NCBI GenBank assembly: GCA_037144045.1
Contig: JBAWXN010000004.1
Location: 2,839-66,838 of the forward strand
Length of the DNA stretch: 64,000 nucleotides
From: a bacterium
GTDB lineage: Bacteria > Patescibacteriota > Minisyncoccia > Phycocordibacterales > UBA1006
Direction: 5' to 3'
The translations under genes were made by a program, and so were the position numbers. Shown here one piece after another: positions 46,913 through 57,310 of this stretch. Positions within the stretch are counted from its first letter, which is position 1; each line of letters opens with the position of its first letter. The notes beneath the pieces are model-generated. The model made no database searches. It had not been told where the DNA came from and was given only the letters and a program-made list of their open reading frames with translations.

Positions 46913-47610
46913 GCATCTGTTATACCATACCTTAATTGATTATGCATTTCAGGATGATTAACCAGATATTCCTGTAATTTTTCAGCCACAATTTCATCTT
47001 GAGACAAAACTTTTTTATTGAGATACCTATTTCTTAAATATTCTTTAAGCACACAGTAGTGCGTACACGCAAGCACGATTACCTCATAATCCATTGATAC
47101 TCCAATAACTTGATCAACTACTTGTTGTGCCGTATTCATATCGCCCTGCTCAATCAAAAGTGCAAGTTTAGGAATTGGAATACTTACTACCTGTTTGACA
47201 GCCTGTCGTGATTTTAATTCGTCTTCATACCTCTGTGATGCAACTGTGCTTTCTGTTGCTAACAATAAAAATTTTGTTTCGGGTAACTCATCCATTACTT
47301 CTACGGTTGGAATAACTACCCCGAGCACTTTCCTATCTGAATATTTTTTCTGAACCAATTCATCTTGAATAACTCTTACCAATCGAACTGATAATGTATT
47401 ACACGCAACAATGACCAGGGCACATCCTTGATTAAATAACGCAATAATATTTTCTTCAAGGAGCTTTCGGAGTACTTCTTCAGACTTGTTTCCATAAGGC
47501 ATGTTTTGGGCATCATTACGAATAATAATTGAATATTCAGGATGGAGCCGAGAAAAATAATCGGCAACCAATTTTCCACCTAATCCTGAATCAAAAAAGC
47601 CAATATGCAT
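46909..47610 (-). CDS. murI: glutamate racemase
   Basis: FDSGLGG, PYGNKS, ACNT, ACTHY. Confidence 0.92.
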   Translation of the reverse strand: MHIGFFDSGLGGKLVADYFSRLHPEYSIIIRNDAQNMPYGNKSEEVLRKLLEENIIALFNQGCALVIVACNTLSVRLVRVIQDELVQKKYSDRKVLGVVIPTVEVMDELPETKFLLLATESTVASQRYEDELKSRQAVKQVVSIPIPKLALLIEQGDMNTAQQVVDQVIGVSMDYEVIVLACTHYCVLKEYLRNRYLNKKVLSQDEIVAEKLQEYLVNHPEMHNQLRYGITDA

Positions 47611-47673
47611 AGTTCTATAGTAAAAGAGTTATTATAAAAAAACCCTTGACGATACAAGGGTTTTTATTGATTA

Positions 47674-48588
47674 CTACCATTCACCAATCATCTGTATTTC
47701 TGTTTCAAGCATTATTCCTGTTCTTTCAAACACTACTTGTTGCACATGATTAATAACATACTTAATAGCGGTTGCTGTAGCATTTCCTGTATGAGTAATA
47801 AAATTAGGATGTTTGACTGATACTTGAACACCTCGATACTGAAAGCCTTTTAGTCCACATTGGTCTATCAGTTTTGCAGCAGCAATGTCGTGCACTTTTT
47901 TGAACACCGATCCGCACGAATAATAGGTATCCAGTGACGGATGGCGCGCATTACGCCAAGTTAAATTTTCTTGCACTTGATGAACAATGGTCTCATGTGT
48001 TGACTTCTGAAGCTGAAACACCGCATCAATGACTACATGATTACCCTGGTGGAGTATTGAAGTATCATATCCAAACGTAAAATCTTTTTTGTAAAATATT
48101 TGCTCCTGCCCTGTTGCCATATTCAAAACGGCCGCATGATGTACTACTTCTTCGATAAAAAAAGTTCCGGATCTGTCAGGATTTAAAAAGTGTAAATTTT
48201 GCCAAAGCGCTCCTCCAACAGTGCTTGGAATACCTGCAAAATGTTCAAGTCCAGATAGTTCGTATTTTTTTGAAACATCAATGAGCGATTGAATCGTTGC
48301 ACCCGAACCTGTATGTAATAAATAAGTCTTAATAGGTTCATTAGTACTATCTACTTCTATACGACAATCACTGTATTCATTTTTAATAACAAGTCCACGA
48401 AACCCTTTATCAGAGACTAAAATATTTGCCCCCAATCCCAAAATAAAATAAGGGATTTTGTGTTGTTGTGCATACACAAGTGCTTCTATTAATTCAGTGC
48501 GTGATTTTGTAACCACAAATAAATCAGCTGGTCCGCCGACGCGATATGTAGTAAAAGGTCCTAAAGGGATATTATTCTGTAGTTTCAT
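47674..48588 (-). CDS. murB: UDP-N-acetylmuramate dehydrogenase
   Basis: TTYRVGGPA, GLEHFAGIPSTVGGA, GSVFK, KHPNFI. Confidence 0.93.
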   Translation of the reverse strand: MKLQNNIPLGPFTTYRVGGPADLFVVTKSRTELIEALVYAQQHKIPYFILGLGANILVSDKGFRGLVIKNEYSDCRIEVDSTNEPIKTYLLHTGSGATIQSLIDVSKKYELSGLEHFAGIPSTVGGALWQNLHFLNPDRSGTFFIEEVVHHAAVLNMATGQEQIFYKKDFTFGYDTSILHQGNHVVIDAVFQLQKSTHETIVHQVQENLTWRNARHPSLDTYYSCGSVFKKVHDIAAAKLIDQCGLKGFQYRGVQVSVKHPNFITHTGNATATAIKYVINHVQQVVFERTGIMLETEIQMIGEW

Positions 48589-48711
48589 AATTATTTTTAT
48601 TTAGCCTATAAAAAATCCCCCGACACGTCGAGGGAATTTAAGTTAAAGAATACTAAAATTAAGCTGTAAAGATCTTATTAAGAATCAATAATGCTATCGT
48701 AAAAAGAAAGT

Positions 48712-49095
48712 ATGCGACCCGTTTCCATTACTAACACTATTTCACTATTTTTTATTCACGATCACTTTAACTACGATCAGATAATAGCAACACTAAACAA
48801 GCAAGGTTTCGATCCTCTTACCGGAAATACTGTTATTCAAGAGCTCTACAAAAAACAAGACCTTTTGCCCTTACCCCGTAACGGTAATTACATTATTGGA
48901 TTAACCACCAAAAAACAAATGCAGCAAGTACCCTATCCATGTGGAACCATTCTCTATTATTATCCAATTATGTATGAAGTTACCCGCGGTCCCTATACTG
49001 GATACCACCTTGGCGAGTCATGTATATCTGAAAGTGGCTGCATAGACAACTTTATAAATTGCTACGTTATTGCAGTAAAAAACCCTTTACCATAA
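48712..49095 (+). CDS. hypothetical protein
   Basis: 127-aa ORF ending within a hairpin. Confidence 0.5.
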   Translation: MRPVSITNTISLFFIHDHFNYDQIIATLNKQGFDPLTGNTVIQELYKKQDLLPLPRNGNYIIGLTTKKQMQQVPYPCGTILYYYPIMYEVTRGPYTGYHLGESCISESGCIDNFINCYVIAVKNPLP

Positions 49096-49101
49096 AGGGT
49101 T

Positions 49102-50166
49102 TTATTTTATTATAACTGCTCGCCCCCTGGAAATCAGGATTCGTTCGTAGGCGCTTTCCTTACATACAAGGATCGCTTCACGAGTTGGTGCTGTGTCACA
49201 AAAATCATACGTTGTTTGTAGTGGTTCCGCATCAGAATAATACTGCCGGAATGAGCCTTGAGCTGCATAACAATACGTAATCATATCACCTGTAAAAATA
49301 TTACAATCAGGTGCAATATATATCTTGTGAGTATGGTAATACTTACTATGATCAGTGCGAGTACCACCTTTAGTATATTCATGGAACAGTCCACTCACAC
49401 ATGCACGATAATCAGTATCAGTAAAACCACGGCAAAAATTCTTCTCTGCATCTTGGACAGAAAAATCATTTTGTTCTAAATAGCTATGTCCGAGTGCGTG
49501 CATACACCCAAAACGCAATCTTCCTATTTCGAGTGCATGACACTGATTTTTTGCTTGATCAATTCCCTTTTCGTACGCAAGCTGCATTACATATCCATGG
49601 ACACACCCATCCTTTATGAGCGGTGGACACTGGGTGAGTAATTCATTAAAAGGAACACGCGCTGTAAAATAATCAGCACCTAAATGATGTAGATTGAGGG
49701 CATAATTTCTAAAATCACCGAATACAAAATTCATTGCGCGCAGTTCTGCAAGCTGTACTAATGCAGGTGCTGTAGTCGCGTGTTCAATAATACAACTCGT
49801 ATTAATAGAAATCGTTTTGCATTGAACCAATAATGATACGGCCTCGGTATGAGTGCTCATAATTACTATAAAACCTACAAACACGCTCACTATATTAAGT
49901 ACAAGCGAAGTAATGAAAGCCCTACCTATATTTTTCCAAGATCGAGTAAACCAAACTGTTTCAAAAACTACCACCCCTAATTCCATAACCCAAAGGTTTA
50001 CCTTAAACAACCGATATATTATTTGAGCAATAGGATTAGAAACCAGATTCGCAAAAAGAACCCTCTCGTCAGAAGGTCCCTCGTGCCAAAACTTTCGCAC
50101 TACGTATTTATTAATAAGGATTTCGATTACGAGCGTAATCAAAATGTTTACGAAAAAGAATTGCAT
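49102..50166 (-). CDS. membrane-anchored Cys/His-rich repeat protein
   Basis: N-terminal TMs; CVHGY, CMHALGH, CVSGLFHE repeats. Confidence 0.65.
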   Translation of the reverse strand: MQFFFVNILITLVIEILINKYVVRKFWHEGPSDERVLFANLVSNPIAQIIYRLFKVNLWVMELGVVVFETVWFTRSWKNIGRAFITSLVLNIVSVFVGFIVIMSTHTEAVSLLVQCKTISINTSCIIEHATTAPALVQLAELRAMNFVFGDFRNYALNLHHLGADYFTARVPFNELLTQCPPLIKDGCVHGYVMQLAYEKGIDQAKNQCHALEIGRLRFGCMHALGHSYLEQNDFSVQDAEKNFCRGFTDTDYRACVSGLFHEYTKGGTRTDHSKYYHTHKIYIAPDCNIFTGDMITYCYAAQGSFRQYYSDAEPLQTTYDFCDTAPTREAILVCKESAYERILISRGRAVIIK

Positions 50167-50173
50167 GGAAATC

Positions 50174-50386
50174 TTACTTAGATTTTTTAAAGAAGAGGAA
50201 GTACACAATAATACCAATAATAAGGAGTCCTGCACCACTATCTACTGCTACACCAGACTGATATCCTGTCTGGTTCATAACAGGTCCAGGTTGGTTTTGC
50301 CCCGGATAAGGCAACACATCAGCACTTGCTAATACGGGCAATAATAATGAAAGCGTACCGATACTCATTGCATTGATTTTTTTCAT
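50174..50386 (-). CDS. small protein with signal peptide and C-terminal TM anchor
   Basis: LLLPVLASA signal; IIGIIVYFLFFKKSK tail. Confidence 0.6.
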   Translation of the reverse strand: MKKINAMSIGTLSLLLPVLASADVLPYPGQNQPGPVMNQTGYQSGVAVDSGAGLLIIGIIVYFLFFKKSK

Positions 50387-50402
50387 ACAAAATAAGTATA
50401 CC

Positions 50403-50948
50403 TTATTCTTTAAATTTTTTCACCGCAAACCAAATAATTAACGCAAGTGCAATAGCAAGGATAATCACGCGCATCCAATTATCCGCGTCTGACCAATAAC
50501 GCCCTGACGCGATAATAAGTGACACTACCCCAGACCAAGAGAACCCAAGCGCTAATACTTCAATAGGAAGGAATATTCCTAACCCAAGCACTGCGAGCGA
50601 TAGTGCAATAAGCACTATAAATACATTTCTATTATAAATAGACAGTGTATGCGTATAGTCTTTATTGCATGTAAAATTCGGATCACACCACCCTAATGGT
50701 TCGCCACTTTTTACAGCTTCTGTTACTTGTTTAGGTGACAATGCATTGTTTTGCCATTGACCACCCGCGTTAACACAAGTAATTGCGTCGATATAATTAG
50801 TTACCTGATTAGAACAAAACGCATCAAATTTAGGCTCAGGATACACCATTGCAATAACATAATAAAAGAATAGATTAACTACAATTACTAATGCTACCGC
50901 TAATGTCCACTTGAGCACCTTTGAATGTGTTGGTTTGTTTGTTTCCAT
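50403..50948 (-). CDS. 4-TM membrane protein with Cys-containing loop
   Basis: TM pattern; CVNAGGQW and WCDPNFTC. Confidence 0.7.
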   Translation of the reverse strand: METNKPTHSKVLKWTLAVALVIVVNLFFYYVIAMVYPEPKFDAFCSNQVTNYIDAITCVNAGGQWQNNALSPKQVTEAVKSGEPLGWCDPNFTCNKDYTHTLSIYNRNVFIVLIALSLAVLGLGIFLPIEVLALGFSWSGVVSLIIASGRYWSDADNWMRVIILAIALALIIWFAVKKFKE

Positions 50949-50975
50949 ATGAAAATAGTGTACCATACAATCTAT

Positions 50976-51386
50976 ATGGATCAGAACCCGTTTTCAATTG
51001 AATCTATTGCACTCAAAGCAACCAAATGGATTGGATCTCCGCAGTCACTTATTGTGCACACCATCCTTTTTGCAGGTGCCTTTATTGTTGCACTCCTCGG
51101 TATTCCTTTTGATCGAGTCCTCCTAGTACTGACCACCATTGTTTCGCTCGAAGCAATCTACTTGTCAATTTTTATCCAAATGTCAGTAAACCGAAACGAA
51201 AAACGCCTTGATCTTGTTTCGGAAGATATCGATGAGATTCAAGAAGACATTGAAGAGATTTCAGAAGATATTGAAGAGATTTCAGAAGATGTGGGAGAAA
51301 TTCAAGAAGACGTTGAACAAATCGAGAAAGACGTTGATGAGATTCAAGAAGACATTGACGAGATTCAAGAAGAAATAGAAGAATAA
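50976..51386 (+). CDS. DUF1003-like membrane protein with acidic heptad tail
   Basis: KWIGS, LTTIVSLEAIYLSIFIQMSVNR; repeated EDIEEIS/EDIDEIQ. Confidence 0.75.
   Translation: MDQNPFSIESIALKATKWIGSPQSLIVHTILFAGAFIVALLGIPFDRVLLVLTTIVSLEAIYLSIFIQMSVNRNEKRLDLVSEDIDEIQEDIEEISEDIEEISEDVGEIQEDVEQIEKDVDEIQEDIDEIQEEIEE
51222..51383 (+). repeat. imperfect 21-bp coding tandem repeat
   Basis: GAAGAYATTGAWGAGATTYMA-like units, about 7-8 copies. Confidence 0.8.
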
Positions 51387-51394
51387 AAAAACAC

Positions 51395-51907
51395 CTAGTT
51401 GGTGTTTTTTTCTGTCCAATCAATCATTGCTTGAATCGTTTTTGTAGCCACCTGCCCAGTCGCCGTTATTTTATTCTGTGTCTGGAATTTTTTAACGTCT
51501 GCCTCAAGGGTCTTTCCAAAGTCATTATCTATTTTGAGTGTTTTCTTGAAATATGTATTCATGAATGTTTGCACCGTACCTACTGCTGCACCCCTACTTC
51601 CTTTTTTCAAAACTATTTTTTGATCAAGTAGCTTTTGTAATTGTGATTGGAGTGAACTATCTAAGGCAGTGGCTGTTGTGGTCACTGAAGAACTGACTGC
51701 TGTGGTTGTCGCGATAACCGTTTCATGGGTATAGCGAATCGAATCAGAATCAGTACTTGTGGCAAGTTTGTGTAAATCGCCAATCTTTTCATTGTCTTGA
51801 ACCATGTAAGTTTTAGGGTTTTTCAAACTCGTTAATGCAAAATAACCACCATATCCAAGGAGTCCAATAATAACCAAGGTAGCTAATGTGAATCCGAATT
51901 GTTTCAT
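51395..51907 (-). CDS. peptidoglycan-binding domain protein
   Basis: N-terminal TM, Thr/Ser linker, LKKGSRG..V..VQ..DNDFG....VKKFQ..TGQV. Confidence 0.8.
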   Translation of the reverse strand: MKQFGFTLATLVIIGLLGYGGYFALTSLKNPKTYMVQDNEKIGDLHKLATSTDSDSIRYTHETVIATTTAVSSSVTTTATALDSSLQSQLQKLLDQKIVLKKGSRGAAVGTVQTFMNTYFKKTLKIDNDFGKTLEADVKKFQTQNKITATGQVATKTIQAMIDWTEKNTN

Positions 51908-51928
51908 GCCTATAGTATATCAGAATAC

Positions 51929-51957
51929 TTGAACAAAAAAAGTAAGTATGCTATACT
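51929..51957 (+). promoter_or_regulatory. secG promoter (probably leaderless)
   Basis: TTGAAC-N17-TATACT with TG extension, 6 nt before the ATG. Confidence 0.75.
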
Positions 51958-51963
51958 GCTCGC

Positions 51964-52197
51964 ATGAATACGATTACTCAGGTACTCCCTTGGTTTCAAC
52001 TCGTCCTCTCTCTTCTTCTTATTATTCTTGTTCTACTTCAACGAAGTGCGGACGGTATTGAAGGAGCATTGGGTGGAAGTGCGTCTAATATGACCTATTT
52101 TGCCCGACGAGGCGCTGAACGATTTCTTTTTATTGGAACGATTGTTATTGCAATCTTGTTCTCGATTTCAGCATTGTTACCATTGATTATAAAATAA
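51964..52197 (+). CDS. secG: preprotein translocase SecG
   Basis: LVLLQ...GALGG...RRGAERFL. Confidence 0.92.
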   Translation: MNTITQVLPWFQLVLSLLLIILVLLQRSADGIEGALGGSASNMTYFARRGAERFLFIGTIVIAILFSISALLPLIIK

Positions 52198-52286
52198 ACA
52201 GATTCGTTCTGGTTATTTTTCGTACCTTATTCTGTTAAGAGTGAATCTGTATTCTCTATTACTCACTTTTACTTTTCATTTATTTT

Positions 52287-54032
52287 GTGAAAAAAAATAT
52301 CTTCTCATTTTCAACCACTCGGGAACGTATCGCTCGCCTTAGCCTCCGCGGAAGGGTTTTCTTTGCGACCTCCCTTGCATTGCTCGTTATTGGTGCTTGC
52401 GGTGCCTTGGTTTCTTTTTCTAATCGATTTACTACCGAAGTACCTCAGTTTGGTGGAACCTACCACGAAGGAATTGTGGGAATACCTCGTTTTATAAATC
52501 CAGTACTTGCAAATTCAGATGCAGACCATGACCTTACCAGTCTGGTATTTAGTGGACTTGTACGAAAAGGCCCCGATGGTGCCCTTATTCCCGACTTAGC
52601 TCAAGAATGGACCATTTCAGCAGATGGAAAAACATACACTGTTACCCTTAAGCCTGGTAGTGTTTTTCATGACGGAACCCCCCTTACCCCAGAAGACATT
52701 ATTTTCACCGTAACTAAAATTCAGGATCCAAGTATTAAAAGTCCTCTTCGTGTGGCTTGGGACGGAGTTACTATTACATCACCCGATGAACAAACAGTAG
52801 TCTTTACCTTACAAAAACCCTACGCAGGATTTTTACAACAATTAACTCTTGGGATACTCCCTGAAAAATTATGGCAACTCGTTCCTGTTGATGCGTGGCA
52901 GACCAGTGTCTACAACAGCGAAGCTATTGGAACAGGTCCTTACATGATTAAAAACATTTCACGAAATAAATCAGGAGTACCTCAATTGTTTACCTTGAAA
53001 GCATTTTCTCAATTTGTTCTCGGTAAGCCTTATATGAAGAATGTAGTAATAGAGACCTTTGCTAAAAAAACAGACGCTTATGAAGCACTTGCAAATAATT
53101 CTATCGATGAACTTGCTATGGTTGATTCGAGCGATGTTGATCAAACAGCGCCAAACACCCATACTATAATTACTAAATCATTGCCTCGAGTATTTGGATT
53201 ATTCTTCAACCCATCAAAAAATAAACTCTTTGCTGATCCAGCTCTTATCAAGGCACTCAATTTAGCTACTGATAAAAAGTCACTTATCGATCATATTTTT
53301 GACGGTTACGGAACACCGCTCAGTGGACCACTTCCTGAATCGCTAGATAGTAGCGCTTCAGATTTCGCAGCGAAGCAAGCACTTGCCAAAAGTCTCCTCG
53401 ATAAAGCAGGGTGGAAAGTAAACCCAGCTACAGGAATTCGCGAAAAAACAACCAGTACTACTACAGGAACTGGCAAGAAACAAACAACTCAAACCAGTAA
53501 ACAAACCCTTGCATTTACCCTTTCAACTGCAAACACTAATGACCTTGAAGCATCTGCTCAATTACTTGCAGAACAATATAAGGAAATTGGCGTAGCAGTA
53601 ACGGTTAAAGTATTTGAAATTGGAACCTTGAATGAAAATAGTATTCGTGGACGTGATTTCGAGGTATTACTGTTTGGACAAGTAATTAAACACGATACCG
53701 ATATTTTTGCATTCTGGCACTCATCCCAAAAGGCAACTCCGGGACTCAACATTACTGGGTACACTAATAAACAAGTGGACACCCTTCTTGAATCAGCTAT
53801 TAAAGAAACTGATCATGAGAAACGATTCGCATTGTACAAGAAAATTTCTGACCAACTCGCTACAGACGCTCCTGTAATATTCCTGTATACCCCTGACGCT
53901 ATCGCAATCATGAGTAGTCGAGTTCGTAATCCTGTAATGCCCCCTATTGCAACGCCAAGTGATCGTTTTTCACTTATTTATCAATGGTATCTCTATACAG
54001 ATCATGTTTGGAATATCTTCATTAATCATTAA
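52287..54032 (+). CDS. peptide ABC transporter substrate-binding protein (family 5)
   Basis: PRFINP, PDLA..W.IS.DGKTYT..L, FHDG.PLT, GTGPY. Confidence 0.9.
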   Translation: MKKNIFSFSTTRERIARLSLRGRVFFATSLALLVIGACGALVSFSNRFTTEVPQFGGTYHEGIVGIPRFINPVLANSDADHDLTSLVFSGLVRKGPDGALIPDLAQEWTISADGKTYTVTLKPGSVFHDGTPLTPEDIIFTVTKIQDPSIKSPLRVAWDGVTITSPDEQTVVFTLQKPYAGFLQQLTLGILPEKLWQLVPVDAWQTSVYNSEAIGTGPYMIKNISRNKSGVPQLFTLKAFSQFVLGKPYMKNVVIETFAKKTDAYEALANNSIDELAMVDSSDVDQTAPNTHTIITKSLPRVFGLFFNPSKNKLFADPALIKALNLATDKKSLIDHIFDGYGTPLSGPLPESLDSSASDFAAKQALAKSLLDKAGWKVNPATGIREKTTSTTTGTGKKQTTQTSKQTLAFTLSTANTNDLEASAQLLAEQYKEIGVAVTVKVFEIGTLNENSIRGRDFEVLLFGQVIKHDTDIFAFWHSSQKATPGLNITGYTNKQVDTLLESAIKETDHEKRFALYKKISDQLATDAPVIFLYTPDAIAIMSSRVRNPVMPPIATPSDRFSLIYQWYLYTDHVWNIFINH

Positions 54033-54037
54033 TCTTT

Positions 54038-56083
54038 ATGAATCAAAATCCTAATAACCCAACCGGTGGGCATCACGGAGAATTCCAAGCGAAATCTGCG
54101 CATCCCCCGAAAAATAGTACCTATCGCCCTAACGACCGTGCACACCAAAACAATCGTACGTTCGTATATCGCAAGGACACATCGCTTGAATCAATTGAAC
54201 AAGCACTTAATAAAATTGCTCTTCCTCCGGTAAAATCTCCTGAAGGAACTACGGCACCCGCCACACGAAGTGATAAGCGTGGGTCTTTCCACGCGAAACG
54301 AATGAATAATCGAGGTGACCGTCGCAAACCTCGAGGGTTCGACCAGCCTCGTATTCGTGATGACCGACCAGGATCCTCTCGAAAAAATGACATCATTCCT
54401 CCACTTAAAAAAGGTGATGTGCGTGTTGTAGTAATCGGTGGAGTTGAAAAAATTGGAGCCGTGAACATGACCGTAGTTGAATACATGGACGAAATTGTAG
54501 TAATCGACGCTGGATTCCAGTTTACCGATGACGATACTCCAGGAATCGACTTTATGATTCCTAACACGAAATATTTAGAAGACCGCAAGCACATGATCAA
54601 AGGACTCGCGATTACCCACGGACACCTTGACCACATCGGTTCCCTTTCTTTTGTTATGGAAGCGCTCGGCAACCCTCCTATCTATACTATGGAATTCGGT
54701 GCCATGCTTATTAAAAAGCGCCACGAAGAATATCCCCACCTTCCAGAACTCAATATTAAAATTGTAGATAAAGGTGACGGAGCCATTCCTCTTTCTGAAC
54801 ATCTTAAAATTCGATTCTTCGGAATTACGCACAGTATCCCCGATTCAGCGGGAGTTATTGTTGAAACCCCTTTTGGTGATGTGGTATCAACCGGTGACGT
54901 ACGCGTAGAAAACGATAACGGTATTCCAACCGAAGAAGAAGTACAGCAATATAAATTCTTTAAGGATCGCGAGGTGCTCCTCATGACCCTCGATTCAACC
55001 GGTATTGATAAACCAGGTTGGACTATTTCTGAAAAAGTTGTAGCTGATACCGTTGATAAAATTATTCGAGACACGAAAGGACGATTACTCATTGCAACTT
55101 TTGCTTCTCAAGTTGAACGTATTATTGCATTCCTTGAATCAGCAAAACGGTATGGACGCGTCGTAGTAATTGAAGGACGCGCAATGAAGACTAACATGGC
55201 TATTGTGAAGCATTTAAACCTCACCAACTTCGACCACATTGTAGATGTTGAAGATATGCATAAATATCCTCAAAACAAAATCATGATGCTCGTAACCGGT
55301 GGACAAGGTGAACAATACTCAATTCTTGACCGTGTATCAAAAGGAACTCACAAATATTTGAAACTTGAAAAGAGTGACACTATTGTATTTTCATCATCAG
55401 TAATTCCTGGTAATGAAGGCACCGTAGATGCTCTTAAGGATGCCTTGTATAAAAAAGATCCAAAGATCATTACCTACCAAGACTCAGAAGTACACGCCTC
55501 AGGTCACGGAAAACGAGGTGAACTTGAATGGGTTCATAAACAAATTAATTACAAGTATTTCATGCCGGTTCACGGAAACTATGCACGTCTCATGATGCAC
55601 CGTGACCTGGTTGAAAACCTTGGTATTAAACGAGAACAAGTAATTATTCCTGATGGAAATGGAACAATTATTGAATTTAGTAATGGTGGTAATACTATGA
55701 ACGTATTAGCTGCAAAAGCACCTCACGAAACGATTGCCGTAGAAGGTACTCGCATCGGAGAACTTCAAGAAGTAGTAATTCGTGATCGAAAACTACTCTT
55801 GGAATCTGGAGTATTTAACATTTTTGCCGTTATCGATGAAAAAACCGGTAAACTTAAAAAGTCACCTGATATTTTCTCTCGAGGATTTGTTTATATTCGT
55901 GAAAACCAAGAACTCTTCCATAAGGTTCGTGGACTGGTTAAAAAAGTAATTGAAGATCGCACGGTTGATCCTAATTATTCAATTGACGACCTGAAAGAAG
56001 AACTCATTGAAAAGATTGAACGATTCCTTCTTCAGAAGACTGGTAAAAAGCCAATCGTTATGGCAGCAATTGTTACTTTCTAA
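54038..56083 (+). CDS. rnj: ribonuclease J with N-terminal low-complexity extension
   Basis: ITHGHLDHIG, THSIPDS, HASGH, MPVHG. Confidence 0.95.
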   Translation: MNQNPNNPTGGHHGEFQAKSAHPPKNSTYRPNDRAHQNNRTFVYRKDTSLESIEQALNKIALPPVKSPEGTTAPATRSDKRGSFHAKRMNNRGDRRKPRGFDQPRIRDDRPGSSRKNDIIPPLKKGDVRVVVIGGVEKIGAVNMTVVEYMDEIVVIDAGFQFTDDDTPGIDFMIPNTKYLEDRKHMIKGLAITHGHLDHIGSLSFVMEALGNPPIYTMEFGAMLIKKRHEEYPHLPELNIKIVDKGDGAIPLSEHLKIRFFGITHSIPDSAGVIVETPFGDVVSTGDVRVENDNGIPTEEEVQQYKFFKDREVLLMTLDSTGIDKPGWTISEKVVADTVDKIIRDTKGRLLIATFASQVERIIAFLESAKRYGRVVVIEGRAMKTNMAIVKHLNLTNFDHIVDVEDMHKYPQNKIMMLVTGGQGEQYSILDRVSKGTHKYLKLEKSDTIVFSSSVIPGNEGTVDALKDALYKKDPKIITYQDSEVHASGHGKRGELEWVHKQINYKYFMPVHGNYARLMMHRDLVENLGIKREQVIIPDGNGTIIEFSNGGNTMNVLAAKAPHETIAVEGTRIGELQEVVIRDRKLLLESGVFNIFAVIDEKTGKLKKSPDIFSRGFVYIRENQELFHKVRGLVKKVIEDRTVDPNYSIDDLKEELIEKIERFLLQKTGKKPIVMAAIVTF

Positions 56084-56142
56084 CACCGAGAAACCGCACC
56101 AGCGGTTTTTTTGTGACGAAAAATAAGTTATACTACATACCT

Positions 56143-57300
56143 ATGAATCCTCGATCATTACTAAGAACAACCTATTTGGCTGGATTTCTTTTTTCATTTC
56201 ATACCGCACTCACGGTATACATTAACTCATCATTTCTTGCCACTAAAATACCAGAATCAATTATCGGGAGTCTCTATACGGCATCGGCAATCGTTTCAAT
56301 TATTGGACTCTTTCTGGTTCCTAAACTTATTGCACGATTTGGAAGTCGACTTATTTTAGGAATTCTCCTCGTTTTTAATTGTGCGAACATTGTTGGTTTA
56401 ATTTTTGCAACGAATATCCTTCTGATTATACTGTGCTTTATCTTTTTCTTTGGTTTTAACACTGTTCTCTACCTTGGATTTGATATCCTTATCGAACACT
56501 GGTCAACCCGCGAACACCAAGGAACTATCCGCGGTACCTACCTTACCTCGCTTAATATTGGCTTTATGCTTGCGCCACTTCTTACGGGGTATATCGCTGA
56601 TCGACTCGGATTCGGAGTACTTTACGCAATAGCACTTACCATCCTCTTTCCTATTATTGGTATCGTGTGTATACAACTACCCAAAGTGCAACAAGCACAC
56701 ACTTCTAAACTACGCGCCATTTCTCTAGCTCATAAATTTATTCGCGATCGTCATCTCCGTGCTGTATTTGCTATTAACGGAACCCTTCAGTTTTTCTATG
56801 TATGGATGACCATCTACACTCCTATTTACCTTCATGAACACGTTGGAATTAGTTGGGATAAGCTAGGACTCATGTTTACCATCATGCTTTCTGCGTTTGT
56901 ATTATTCCAATACATTACTGGTAAAATTGCAGACCGCTTCCATAGCGAAAAAATAATGATGTTCTTTGGACTCATGATCATGGGTGGTGCAACACTATTC
57001 ATTGCACAAGCCCCTAGTATGTCATTTTGGACACTCGCAGGAATACTCTTTATAACCCGTGTTGGAGCCAGTATCGTTGAAGTAATGACTGAAAGTTATT
57101 TTTTCAAACACGTACACCCAGATGACGTAGGTTCAATCGGTTTTTTTAGAAACACCTATCCGTTTGCATCTATCATTGCCTCCCTACTAGGGGCTGTATT
57201 ACTCCAATGGATACCACTCTGGCTCCTCTTTATATTCCTAGGAACTTTGTGCTGTGTAAGTACCTTGTGGATTATCACGCTCAATAAAAAAGCCGCGTAA
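56143..57300 (+). CDS. MFS transporter
   Basis: About 12 TMs, GYIADRLG and GKIADRF motifs. Confidence 0.88.
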   Translation: MNPRSLLRTTYLAGFLFSFHTALTVYINSSFLATKIPESIIGSLYTASAIVSIIGLFLVPKLIARFGSRLILGILLVFNCANIVGLIFATNILLIILCFIFFFGFNTVLYLGFDILIEHWSTREHQGTIRGTYLTSLNIGFMLAPLLTGYIADRLGFGVLYAIALTILFPIIGIVCIQLPKVQQAHTSKLRAISLAHKFIRDRHLRAVFAINGTLQFFYVWMTIYTPIYLHEHVGISWDKLGLMFTIMLSAFVLFQYITGKIADRFHSEKIMMFFGLMIMGGATLFIAQAPSMSFWTLAGILFITRVGASIVEVMTESYFFKHVHPDDVGSIGFFRNTYPFASIIASLLGAVLLQWIPLWLLFIFLGTLCCVSTLWIITLNKKAA

Positions 57301-57310
57301 CGCGGTTTTT

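Noticed and set aside
51222-51383. CRISPR array
   Set aside because: Contiguous in-frame coding repeat with no unique spacers and no cas genes
54121-55092. - strand ORFs of 183, 85 and 136 aa
   Set aside because: Antisense shadows of rnj
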